In this document: positions 12,400-24,671 of the stretch, piece after piece
Layout of the letters: each line of letters opens with the position of its first letter
Position numbering within the stretch: the stretch's first letter is position 1
Assembly: GCF_006345805.1 (NCBI RefSeq)
Contig: NC_043005.1
Coordinates: 108,748,001-108,812,000, forward strand
Direction of reading: 5' to 3'
Origin: Octopus sinensis
Taxonomy: Eukaryota
DNA: 64,000 nt
Program-made: the position numbers and the translations under genes
Notes under the pieces: generated by a model
Seen by the model: only the letters and a program-made list of their open reading frames with translations
Databases searched by the model: none
Told to the model about the DNA's origin: nothing

Positions 12400-12745
12400 A
12401 TAGTTAATCCAAACAAGAAAGCACAAAAAAACACACAACGTGAGGATGTGGAACAAATATAGTATTATTGGATGCTCAGGAAAGAAGGAAAGAAGAAGGG
12501 TTTAACTTTTCGAGTAGAGCTCTTCGTCGGAAATATAGGAGAAGGAAAGATCCAGAGAAGGGAAGACAGAGGAAATAAAATCGCCAACGGTACACATGCG
12601 GTCACCATGAATATCTCCCAGACAGTAACTTTTTTATGTGGGCAAAGAGAAAAAAATAACAAATCTACATGACTTAGATTAGCCACATATATGTTTCGGG
12701 ATTAAAGTAAAGTTATACTTACTTATTTCACCTCATCAACACAGC
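12400..12745 (-). mobile_element. Penelope-like pLTR relic with two degenerate hammerhead motifs
   Basis: Minus strand ccgacga-a-gag ctcta ctc-gaaa-agtt-aaa (12500-12534) and ttgatga-gg...cc-gaaa-catatatgt (about 12685-12745). Confidence 0.55.
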
Positions 12746-13031
12746 ATTTCAAATATAAATGTGTGAAAGAACTAGATTGAGATGTACGCAATCAAACATC
12801 ATCACATAACTGATATTTAACCAGCACTTCCTAAATGGTATTTTAACTGCTATTTCTAAATTCAGTGCATGACGAAGCAATTAGCAGACCCCTGGTTATA
12901 GTTATGCTAATAATTATAGAATGTTTGTATAATGTTGCCCATAAAGGTTATTTTAACGTACTGAACTACTTGGTAAAATTAGTAATTATTAATTTATTAA
13001 TTAATTGATTGAATAATTAATTAATTTTACC

Positions 13032-13085
<54 letters not shown>

Positions 13086-13320
13086 CATTATATGTATACA
13101 AGCACACAAATACACACACACAGTCACACATGCATACACACACACAAACACACGCACAAACACACACACACATATACATACATATATATGCATTTAGTCA
13201 TATATATATATTAACATGAGTTGGAAGAGTTATCACAGTCAGTGTCAGTACATATTCATTAGTGCCTGTCACTAAATATATATATACTGACGGAAGAATT
13301 TAGCTGGTCCATCAAATAAA

Positions 13321-13375
13321 TAGAGTGACTCTACTGATGAGTCCAAATTACAGGACGAAACTGCGATCCAGTGCT
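13321..13375 (+). ncRNA. Hammerhead ribozyme-like core (probably inactive)
   Basis: CTGATGA (13334-40), GTCC/GGAC stem II, GAAA, CTG/CAG stem III; position 17 is G and stem I does not close. Confidence 0.5.
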
Positions 13376-13549
13376 TTAGCTTTGCTCATGGAGCAGTTAT
13401 CTACCCTGCCAGTATATAAAAGTGAGCTTTTTATGCAGCTATAACAACTGTCTTTTTAGCACCAACAGTCACAATTAGTGATGACTAAATATTTCCTATA
13501 TGGCTTTGCATTGCAGCTAGCTGCTTACAATAATCTTTAGTATATGTCA

Positions 13550-14100
13550 TCATCCTCATCATCATTATTTAACGTCCGTTTTCCATTCTAGCATGGGTTA
13601 GACGGTTCGACCGATGTCTGGTAAGCCATTGAGGCTGCACCAGGCTCTAGTCTGATTTGGCAGTGTTTCTAACGCCAACCACTCCGTGAGTGTAGTGGGT
13701 GTTTTTTATGTGCTGCCAGCACAGGAGCCAGTGTAGGATGGCGAACGGCCACGATCGGTTGGTGCCTTTTACGTGTCACCGACACGGATGCCAGTCAGGC
13801 GGAACTGGCTTCTGCCATGTTCGGACGGTGCTTTTTATGTGTCACTGGCACGGGTATCTTAACTACAATTTCCATTTGATTTTTATTTTGATGTTGGTGT
13901 TGATGTACTTGACTCAATAGGTCTCCTCAAGAACAGTGAGTCACTCTACGATCCAAGGTTAGCACAGCAGGCCATCCTGCAAGCCATGAACTCACTTCAT
14001 TTGTCGTATCTTCGAAGTCACAGCATATCTCCAGAGGTCTCGGTCTTTCATCATAGCCTCTGTGAGTCTCAAAGTACGAAGGTCATGCTTGACCACCTCT
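13550..14100 (-). mobile_element. Family C long copy including RTE ORF2 tip
   Basis: Tail at 13550; minus-strand KDRDLWRYAVTSKIRQ near 14050; similar to 28610-29125. Confidence 0.85.
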
Positions 14101-14739
14101 GTATAAATAAGAAAATCAATAACAAATACTACAATATTACCAGGTGGTATTGTGTATTGAGTTCATACTCCTAATGAACTGAACCTAAGGCATGGCTTGA
14201 CTGCGAGTTGGAGCCAATTTACTTCTAATTTGGTTAAAACAGCATTTTAAATGGCCATGAAAATAATCTCTTCACATCCACCTTAGCATTGTTATTCTAT
14301 GAATTAAAAAAATATATTAACATGTTTATATAAATGGTGTTGTTGTTTTTGCTCATCTTTAGTCCCAGGTCAGCTTTGATGGAGTAAGCCTTTCCTGCCA
14401 TGACCTTCTTACCTTTTCAAAGATTACACCAGATTACATTATTCAATGCATTATTAAATTTGTGTTTTTTTTAATTTCCTTTTAAGACTTGAGTTCAGAT
14501 TCATGAGAAATGTAGCTGCTATTTCTTGCAGGTTGCCACCTAATTTCTGGCAATATATGAACTCATCGATAAGGCAGCTAATTGGCAGAATCAGTAGCAT
14601 GCAGGGCATAATGCTAAGCAGCCTTTCATCTGTCTTTATGTTGTGAGTTAAAACTCTACCAAGATCTACTTTCACTTTCACCTTTTCCAACTGAACCCTG
14701 GGGTTGATGTAACCAGCTTACCCTTCTCCCTAAATTGCT

Positions 14740-14990
14740 AGCTGTGTGCCACGATATGCCATGCTTGAGAAATACTTGTGAAACCAAGTGAAAGTATAGT
14801 TGTGGCCAATGCTGATGTCATGTAAAAAGCATCAATTACACTCTTGGAGTGGTTGGCATTAGGAAGGGCATCCAGCAGTAGAAACCTTGCCAAATCAGAT
14901 TGGAACCTGGTGCAGCTCTCCAGATTACCATTTTCAGTCAAACCATCTAACCCATTCCAGCATAGATGCTAAATAATGATGCTGATCATA
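14740..14990 (+). mobile_element. Family C degraded copy
   Basis: gagtggttggcattaggaagggcatccagcagtagaaac. Confidence 0.8.
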
Positions 14991-15139
14991 ATGGATATAT
15001 GAACTCATCAATTCATGGCAATTAATTAAGAATTGAAAGATTATATACAGGTGCAAAATTGGAGGTGGGACTAAGAAGTTCAGTTTGCAAGTATCTAGTT
15101 TCAGATTCAAACCTGAATCTGAAACTTGGGCAAGTACCT

Positions 15140-15375
15140 GTTTCTTTATTACCCACAAAGGGTTAAACATGGAGGGGACAAATAAGGATGGACACACAGT
15201 TTAAGTCGATTACGTCGACCCCAGTGCATAACTGGTACTTATTTAATCGACCCCAAAAGGATGAAAGGCAAAGTCGACCTTGGCGGAATTTGAACTCAGA
15301 ACGTAGCAGTAGATGAAATACGGCTACGCATTTCGCCTGGTGTGCTAACGATTCTGCCAGCTCGTCACCTTTAAA
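15140..15375 (-). mobile_element. tRNA-derived SINE ('family B')
   Basis: Minus strand aaggtgacgagctggcagaatcgttagc...ctgagttcaaattccgcc (B box)...ggggtcgattaaataagtacc. Confidence 0.9.
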
Positions 15376-15589
15376 CTTGGGCAAGTACCTTCCACAATAG
15401 CCCTAAGCTGACTGATGTCTCTTGAGTGCATTTGGTATATAGAAATTTTATGGAAACCTATAACGTGTCAATGCTTATATTTATGCTTGTGTTTGTTGCC
15501 CAGTTGCTTGGCAACTAGTTTTGGTTTGTTTATGTTCCCATAACTTAATAATGAAACAAAAGAAGAGACTGATACAGTAAGTCATACGT

Positions 15590-15855
15590 GATTTCATGAC
15601 CAACCAAGCAATCAGATGTTGTTACACATCACTGATCACAATGCACTATTGCATTGTTTTAGCTTTCAAATGATGCCACCCTGCTGGCTAGGTGAGCAGG
15701 CCGACAATCCCCACTCTGATTGAAGAGGGATTAGAGCAATGTGAAATGAAGTGTTTTGATCAAGAACACAACATGCCACCCAGTCAGGGTATTGAACCCA
15801 CGATCTAGCAATCATTAGTGCAACAGCCTAACCACTAGGTCACACACTTTCACGA
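15590..15855 (-). mobile_element. Family E-like SINE (mosaic)
   Basis: Head resembles 8808-8930; tail resembles 36025-36110. Confidence 0.6.
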
Positions 15856-16398
15856 TACAGTAAATACCAGACTTAAAATAAGACCTAGCATCGACTTTTT
15901 TCACTAAACAAGGTGGTGCCCCAGTATGACCACAGCCCAACGACTATAAAAAATAAAAAGAGAAACCAGCAACAATTCCACTGGTACTTCAACATTGTGC
16001 TCACTCCATCAATGGTAAACCCACTGATCAACAGAACTATATGTAACAAGTTCGCTATAACAAGGACCTAACTTTTAAACACTGTTGGCACTCACAGAAC
16101 ATTTGTAATTAGACCAGAGTTAGGTTGGATCCTTTATAATTTATCTTTACCATAGTCTATAGATTTTCCCATAAATATTTGAAATACAACCATCAGTCGA
16201 TAAACGACAAGAATTTTCTGTCCCTCACTTTTTTATGTGTTTTTTATTTTATTTTATTTGTGATTTTTTCTTCCTTACATCGGTTTTGGTAATTTACTTG
16301 CACTTCCATTTTACTGATCAAACTTTCAATACGGTCTCCGCCTCTCATGTTTTTCATTCGTTTTATTGTATTTCTTCTGTATATTCAGTATTATAGGA

Positions 16399-16441
<43 letters not shown>

Positions 16442-16741
16442 AAAACACTCGTAAATATTGTTTTACATGTTCACACACATGCCCAGACAGAAGCACAAGC
16501 ATATGCACACACACACATGCACACACACACACACGCATACACACACACACACACAGCACAAACTACAAATTAGCGTACCCTCAGAGACATACATAGACAT
16601 AAAAATACATTTATAAGTTCACACAGACATGTGATTATACAAATACATACATACGCACACATATATATGTGACTGTACATGTGCATAGTGCTTGTATGTG
16701 TGTGCATGTGTGTGCATAAGTATATATGTGTACATAAGTAT

Positions 16742-16781
<40 letters not shown>

Positions 16782-17974
16782 TATATACATATACACATCC
16801 ATATACACATACACAAATACAAATGTAAAAAGTGAAACTAAACACATATATGCACATATATATATAGGTATGTGTATATATATATTTATATATATATATA
16901 TATATATACATACACACACACACATATATATATATATGAATATATATATAGCTTCACTGGAGAGTATATAAACAAGAGGGTACTCAATACATCCAGTAAA
17001 ATTTATATTATTTATTGGGGCATTTAAAGTCGAAGTTTCACTCTCATGAAACTCTACAATAAATCATGTGTGAGTGTATGTGTTTGTAAACGTGTATATA
17101 TGTGTCTGCTTGTATGTGTGAATGTAAATGCCTCATATACACCAGTGTAAGCCCACACATACATGCATGGACACACTCACACACACCTATGTATATATGT
17201 ATACATATATATATATATATATAAATTTATATGTGTATGTATGTATGTATGTATATATATATATCTGTATATATATATTTGTGTGTGTTTATATATGTAT
17301 GTGTATATATATATGTATGTATATATATATATATGTGTGTGTGTGTATATCTATATATATATATATAAATATATATATGTATATACATATATGCTTTCTT
17401 TACAACACATAAAATATGTAGGAACAAAATGGAGAGATTTACATAGTTAAGATCTCTTTTTCACAAGCTCACATACACACACACACATACACACACACAC
17501 ACGCGCAGATGTGTGAGTGTATGCTTGTCTCTATGTGGCAGCTTGTATGTGGATGTGAGTGTATGTTTGTGTGTGTCAGGGTTTAACTATGTAAATTTTA
17601 TCCACTCTGCTCCTCTCTATATTTTATGCTTTCTAAGGTCCATTGCAGAGCAATGCAGTCTTCATTTACTGACAGTTTCTCTACTGACTTTTTATATCTC
17701 AGCAGCAGATACAATTTTATTCTGTTTCTTTATTTTCGTGCTTGAACACACCTATAAATACACCTATACACATATCTATTTATCTATGTATCTCTCTCTC
17801 TCTCTTTCTCTTTCTATCTCTCTCTCTCTCTCTGTATATATATATATAAATGTAGTACTTATCTATCTATCAATCTATCTATATGTATATATATATATAT
17901 ATATATAATGTGTGTGTAATACCTCTCTATCTATCTATTTATCTATCTACCCATATATATATATATATACTCTC

Positions 17975-18390
17975 TCTTTACTCTCTTTTACTTGTTTCAG
18001 TCATTTTGACTGCGGCCATGCTGGAGCACTGCCTTTAGTCGAGCAAATCGACCCCAGGACTTATTCTTTGTAAGCCCAGTACTTATTCTATCGGTCTCTT
18101 TTTTGCCGAACCGCTAAGTGACGGGGACGTAAACACACCAGCATCGGTTGTCAAGCAATGCTAGGGGGACAAATACAGCAGACACACAAACACACACATA
18201 CATATATATATATATACATATACACGACAGGCTTCTTTCAGTTTCGTCTACCAAATCCACTCATAAGGCATTGGTCGGCCCGAGGCTATAGTAGAAGACA
18301 CTTGCCCAAGATGCCACGCAGTGGGACTGAACCCGGGACCATGTGGTTGGTTAGCAAGCTACTTACCACACAGCCACTCCTACGCCTATA
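17975..18390 (-). mobile_element. tRNA/CORE-like SINE ('family A'), full length
   Basis: Minus strand aggcgtaggagtggctgtgtggtaag...ggttcagtccc...cttgggcaagtg (CORE-like)...cagcatggccgcagtcaaaatgactgaaacaag. Confidence 0.92.
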
Positions 18391-18409
18391 TATATAAATA
18401 TATAATTTT

Positions 18410-18925
18410 TTTTATTTGTTTCTGTCATTTTGACTGTGGCCATGCTGAAGCATCACCTTTCACTTGAAGATATTGACCCCTGAAATTATTCTTTGGAAGT
18501 CCGTGTGTGAGTGTGTCCGTGAATGTATGTGTGTGCTTACACTGGTGTATATGAGGCACTCACATACACACATACAAGCAGACACATATATACACGTTTA
18601 CAAATACATACACTCACACATGATTTATTGTAGAGAGTGAAACTTCGACTTTAAATGCCCCAATAAATAATATCGGTCTTGTTTGTCGAACTGCTAAGTT
18701 ATGGCGATGTAAACACACCAACATCAGTTATCAAGCGATAGTGGGGGAACAAACACAGACAGAAACAAGCAAATATATATATACATATATATATGACAGG
18801 CTACCAAATCCAATCACAAGGTTTTGGTGGGCCCAATATTATAATAGAAGACACTTGACCAAGGTGCCACACAGTGGGACTGAACCCAGAACCATGAGGT
18901 TAGGAAGGAAACTTCTCACCACACA
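18410..18925 (-). mobile_element. Family A degraded copy with internal insertion
   Basis: Same head and tail motifs, interrupted at about 18490-18670. Confidence 0.7.
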
Positions 18926-18954
18926 GCAAGACCAGGGCCTATTATATATATATA

Positions 18955-19210
18955 TATCATCATCATCATCATCATCATCATCGTTTAACGTCCGTTTTCC
19001 GCGCTAGCACGGGTTGGACGGTTTCGACCGGGGTCTGGGGAGCCAGGGGCTGCCCCAGGCTCCAGTCTGGTCTGGCAGTGTTTCTACAGCTGGATGCCCT
19101 TCCTAACGCCAACCACTCCGCGAGTGTAGTGGGTGCTTTTTACGTGCCACCTGCACAGAAGCCAGTCGGGGCGGTGCTGGCATCGGCCACGTTCGGATGG
19201 TGCTTTTTTA
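18955..19210 (-). mobile_element. Family C copy
   Basis: (CAT)n cgtttaacgtccgttttccgcgctagcacgggttgg. Confidence 0.9.
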
Positions 19211-19601
19211 TAATATATATATATAGGCGCAGGACTGGCTGTGTGGTAAGTGCTTGCTTACCAACCACATGGTTCTGGGTCAGTCCCACTGTGTGACACC
19301 TTGGTCAAGTGTTCATTATACCTCGGGCGACCAAAGCCTTGTGAGTGGATTTGGTAGATGGAAGCTGAAAGAACCTGCCATATATAGTATATATAGTGTT
19401 TGTGTTGTTTTGCCTTCTTGTCTTTACCATTATCATTCATGCAGGGTCACTCGTTTCCAATAATCTGCATAAACATGCTTGAGGGGTCTGGCATCGGCCA
19501 CGGTCGGTTGGTGCTTTTTATGTGCCACCTGCACAGAAGCCAGTCGGGGCGGTGCTGGCATCGGCCACGTTCAGATGGTGCTTTTTTATATATATATATA
19601 T

Positions 19602-19982
19602 ATAGGCGCAGGACTGGCTGTGTGGTAAGTAGCTTGCTTACCAACCACATGGTTCTGGGTTCAGTCCCACTGTGTGACACCTTGGTCAAGTGTCTTCTAT
19701 TATAACCTCGGGCCGACCAAAGCCTTGTGAGTGGATTTGGTAGATGGAAGCTGAAAGAAGCCTGCCATATATATGTATATATATGTGTGTGTGTGTTTGT
19801 GTGTCTGTGTTTGTCCCCCTCAACATCACTTGGTGTGTTTATGTCCCCGTAACTTAGCGGTTCGACAAAAGAGACTGATAGAATAAGTACTAGGCTTACA
19901 AAGAATAAGTCCTGGGGTTGATTTCCTCGACTCCAGCATGGCCGCAGTCAAATGACTGAAACAAGTAAAAGAGTAAAAGAGT
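19602..19982 (+). mobile_element. Family A SINE (partial duplicate at 19224-19400)
   Basis: aggcgcaggactggctgtgtggtaag...gactgaaacaagtaaaagag. Confidence 0.92.
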
Positions 19983-20782
19983 ATATATATATCTTTATCA
20001 TCAACACCATCATCAATGGTTTGGCATCCACTTTTCCATTCTCAATAGTTGTGGCCCCAAAATTTTGAGACAGATTTTCTATGGCTAGATGTCGTTTCAT
20101 TCACCAACCCTCTGGTTTTTAAGTTAGGCTATATTACCTGATGGCCAAGCATGTTTATGCAGATTATTGGAAACGAGTGACCCTGCATGAATGATAATGG
20201 TAAAGACAAGAAGGCAAAACAACACAAACACATGTATCTCCAACATATCTGTGTATTTTTGCAAAACTGGATATCTGCTTCGTCTAAAATTTGTATGTTT
20301 ATATGATAAAGAATTTTATATATTGACTAATTTTGGTACCTACCTTTAATTAACGATTTATCTCTTGATGAAGTTTTAAGAAAAAGGAAATTATTTTGCT
20401 CCCTAAATATTTTATATATTACTGTTATTGAAAGCAAAAATGTTTTCAGTGTTTCTTTGCTTCAGGATTTCTTATATACATAGAATATCAGTATCACATG
20501 CTTAATATATGTGTTTTGTTAAATGCATTTAGCTGCAGTATTTTGCTTAAGGAAGATCCTTTTAAAGATGTATAGCATTAGAAAACATAGTCTACTTCAA
20601 AGCTAGGTAAAACAAAATCACCTGGACGTGATCGAGAGTGATATATATCAAAATTTCAGTTCTTTTGTTTATCTGTATTGTATATATATAAGCATACACA
20701 TGTACATACATACATACATACATACATACATGCATACATGCATACATACATACATGCATACGTACATACATGCATGCGTACA

Positions 20783-20818
<36 letters not shown>

Positions 20819-20819
20819 T

Positions 20820-21000
20820 ATATAACGGGAAGCTTTATGAAAATAAACAAAAGACGAAGGCAGGTGGAATACAAACAAACAATTGTATTAGTATGGCGCT
20901 CATGAATATAAATAAAACAAGTCTTTTATGTTTCGAGCCTACGCTCTTCGACAGAAAGATACACAGAAAAGAAACACAGAAAGAAACAAGGAGAGAAAAA
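20820..21000 (-). mobile_element. Penelope-type pLTR fragment with minimal hammerhead variant
   Basis: Minus strand tcttt-CTGTCGA-a-GAGC gtag GCTC-GAAA-cat-a-aaaga (20922-20958); degraded homologue at 35133-35170 (+). Confidence 0.65.
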
Positions 21001-21099
21001 AAATGCATGCAGAAGCTAGCGAATCAACATATATATATATATTTCATAGATGAGAATCAGATATTCTCTGAATAGAATAAACTTAGTAGTGCTCAAGGG

Positions 21100-21540
21100 G
21101 CTTAAACTTGAGCAGGTAGAGGAGTAAATGTAAACAAGTTAGGCGGGTTGACACACAAAAAGGTCCGACTTATACAGAATAGAAATGGTATCAAAAATTA
21201 AAGGGGTTGAGGGAGAGGATGAAAAATCCAACTGTTGTTTCTGGGAGCTTAGTGGTCCTAAATTACGATTGTAAATTGATTTCATCATTCCTGAAGATGG
21301 AGAATCATATCATCCAACGATGGAATCAATTTACAGTCATTACTTTGGACCACTGAGGCCCCCAGAAAAGGCTGTTGAATTTTTCCTATTCTTCTTCAAC
21401 TCCTTTAATTCTTTATGTTGTTTCTATTCTGTGTAAATTAGACCTCTTTATATGTAAACATACATATTTTGTTTTTAATGTATTTATTATTCTTTGTACA
21501 TTGACCTGCTTAACATGCTTACCTTTACATTTACTCCTAT
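21100..21540. repeat. Long imperfect fold-back (inverted repeat) centred near 21300
   Basis: ctgggagcttagtggtcc...gatttcatc pairs with gatggaatc...ggaccactgaggcccccag; homology extends to the 21105 and 21535 flanks. Confidence 0.85.
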
Positions 21541-21566
21541 ATATATATATATATTATATATATATA

Positions 21567-21589
<23 letters not shown>

Positions 21590-21597
<8 letters not shown>

Positions 21598-21834
21598 AAT
21601 CTAATATAGGATTAAATTTTTCGAAAAAAGTTCTATCAATGGCCAGCATATTAAGAAATACCTTTAAGGTTAAATTTATTAACAACTTATAAACAAGGGC
21701 AAAAGAAAAAATTCTAATGCCAAATATGCCGAAAATAGACACATCGTCAATAGCCATATAATTCATCACTATAAGCACGCGTCTCGAAGAAAGCCGATAG
21801 AAATTTTTTAAAAATTCCGTTATTATCAAAGTTG

Positions 21835-21869
<35 letters not shown>

Positions 21870-22110
21870 CTAATATAGGATTAAATTTTTCGAAAAAAGT
21901 TCTATCAATGGCCAGCATATTAAGAAATACCTTTAAGGTTAAATTTATTAACAACTTATAAACAAGGGCAAAAGAAAAAATTTCTAATGCCAAATATGCC
22001 GAAAATAGACACATCGTCAATAGCCATATAATTCATCACTATAAGCACGCGTCTCGAAGAAAGCCGATAGAAATTTTTTAAAAATTCCGTTATTATCAAA
22101 GTTGTATATA
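21590..22110. repeat. Near-perfect ~245-bp tandem duplication separated by (TA)n
   Basis: 21596-21838 vs 21867-22107 are essentially identical. Confidence 0.95.
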
Positions 22111-22194
22111 TATATATATATATTATATATATATATATATATACATATGTACCATCGAAACATAGAGGAGGTAACTTCCTCATAAGGTATTTAA

Positions 22195-22412
22195 CCCTTT
22201 AGTGTTTAAACCGGCCATATCAGGTCAAAATTGTCTTCCTGTTTTATGCTCAAACCAGCCAGCTCTGACCTCTCACACCTACCCTACAAAGTCATTCTAA
22301 AAATAAACAGGGACAACATCAGAATCTCAGAGTTACAAGATGCTGTACAATTAATTTAAAACAATGTGATCAAACAGGCTTTACATTTGACAGAGTAATC
22401 TGAATGCTAAAA
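22195..22412. mobile_element. piggyBac-type MITE (right end truncated)
   Basis: TTAA|ccctttagtgtttaaaccggccatatc; reverse-complement similarity to 27490-27880. Confidence 0.7.
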
Positions 22413-22539
22413 ACAATCCATATACCAACTGGTGTTATCAAATGTATTGAAAGAAAGTGCTGCAGTAGATATGGATAAATTGTCCAATAATGTGTTAAGT
22501 TACTAAAAGAAAATGGAGAAGAAATATAGTGGATACTTT

Positions 22540-24621
22540 GTTAATTTTATTTGTATCCCAATGAAAAAAAGTAATATAAGATTTGAGATTGAAAGAAACA
22601 ATATTAACAAAAGAAATAAACAGTAAAGAATTCTACATATGTTTCAATCCACCCATTAGGTTCAGATCATCACCATTCAAGCGATGTTAGATGTAAAATA
22701 ACCCCACATTATGTCTGGATGTCATCAGGGAGGATGTTTACTTTTGGATGGTGAGCAACGAAATAACTAAGATCAGGACAGTATTTTCAAATATTCAAAT
22801 AATGTAAACAACAATTTATTAGGACGCTGAGGTCACGTGGGGAGACATTATCTTAAGAAATCTTGCTAAAATACTATAATGTACTTGAAAAATAGACTTA
22901 TAAGTGTTGAGGGACATAAAGTAGTAATTTAATTAGAATATGGGCTGTTAAGTGTATTGAAAACTAATTGAGAGATGGAATAGATTTTTTGAGGGGTAAA
23001 AATAAACATAAATGATTTGGGAAATAAAAGAGAAAAATGATTCAATATTATATACTAAAATAACTGTTAATTATTTAGCACTTCAATGTACTAATGTATA
23101 CATTCCAGTATTCAGAGAAAAGTTATTGTTTACATATTTCAGAGAGGAATTTAAATATTTATGCGAAAAAAATATGTAAGACAGAAAAATAGATTTTATG
23201 ATGTGGGTAAAAATAACGAAATGTGACAAAATGGAAGAAAAGTAGAAGAAACACATAATTTTTTAGATTAAGATTAAGAAATAAAGGAGAAAAAAGGGAA
23301 AAAGTTATTCTATATGATATTATTTTAGAAAATAATTTGGAGAAAAGTTATAACTATTATTATTTAGCATTTCAATGGACTACATTATACTTTCCATTGT
23401 TCAAAGAAAAAGTATTAAAAAATTATAGTGCACTTACCTGTGAGAGGAATTTACATTTTTATGTGAAAAAAAAAATTTTAATATGAGGTAGTTTATAATC
23501 TGTTATATTTTTCTAAAGTGTGATTGTAATAACTAGTAATTTTCCTTTGTTCGTGTGGTTAAATTTTATTTTCTCTAAGGTTTTATTATGATGAAAAAAT
23601 TATCATTTGTTTTACTAGAAAATTATATTTATAGGATTTTTAGATAATATGGATATATATATATAAACATGCAGAGTTTTTCAGGTGCATATGTAGATAG
23701 ATTAAGTTTCAATAGTTGTTGATATTGGTTTATGAGATTTTAGAAAATAAAAGATGAAAAATTCTAGTAAAAGCATTTGAAACAAAATATGGCTTATATA
23801 GAAAAAATATAAATAGAGAGTTATTAAATAAATCTCTCTATATATATAAAGCTGAAGTTGTCTGTGTATGGCAGATTTGGTAGCCTTCAACTAACACTAT
23901 CTCCTCCGAGACCCTGCAGCACAAGTTGACCAAAATTGAGAGTATGATAGAAGAAGGCTTGCTCTTTCTTCCGTAGAAGAAAAAATTCAAATCGGACCAT
24001 GTTAACACCAAAAATTATTTACATCAAAAAGGTGCTTTTTTTCTGTGAAAATACCTATTTTTTACGATTTTTTTACTGCTGTGTCGCCATTTTTCCGTGT
24101 ATTTCATCCAGAAGAATGTTTACTTAAAGAGAATAACAAGCTACATAATGCAAAATTTTTACTTTTCAAAAATTTCAATTCTAAAGGGTTGAAACAAGCC
24201 CAAGCAACGTCAGGTGAAACTGCTAGTTACTGAAAAAAAAAGGGTTTTTTATATCTGTTGTCATCATCATCATCATCATCATTTAACGTCCGTTGTAAGT
24301 ATATAAAAGTGGAATGTATGCATAATCCATTTAACAAGGAAATAAATATTATAGATTGTTGTATAAAGTTTGGATAAATTGGTATTAGGGTTTTTGACTA
24401 TTATAATTTAAGAATTGAGAGATCTATGGAATAAATTTATACTAATATCATTGTATTAATTATGGTTTATATGTTTGTTGTTATTGTTTTAATAAATAAG
24501 TATGCTAATATCATGGATTTAAAATTTCGGTTATATGGGTATCTTTAATATGGAGAAGTATAAGTGGTGGATTATTGAATATGCTGCTGAGAACTAATAT
24601 ATAATTTAGAATTTCAATATT

Positions 24622-24671
<50 letters not shown>

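Noticed and set aside
21100-21540. ADAR hyper-editing signature between hairpin arms
   Set aside because: Differences are almost all transitions but are split about evenly between the two strand-specific classes, as expected for neutral decay rather than one-strand A-to-G editing
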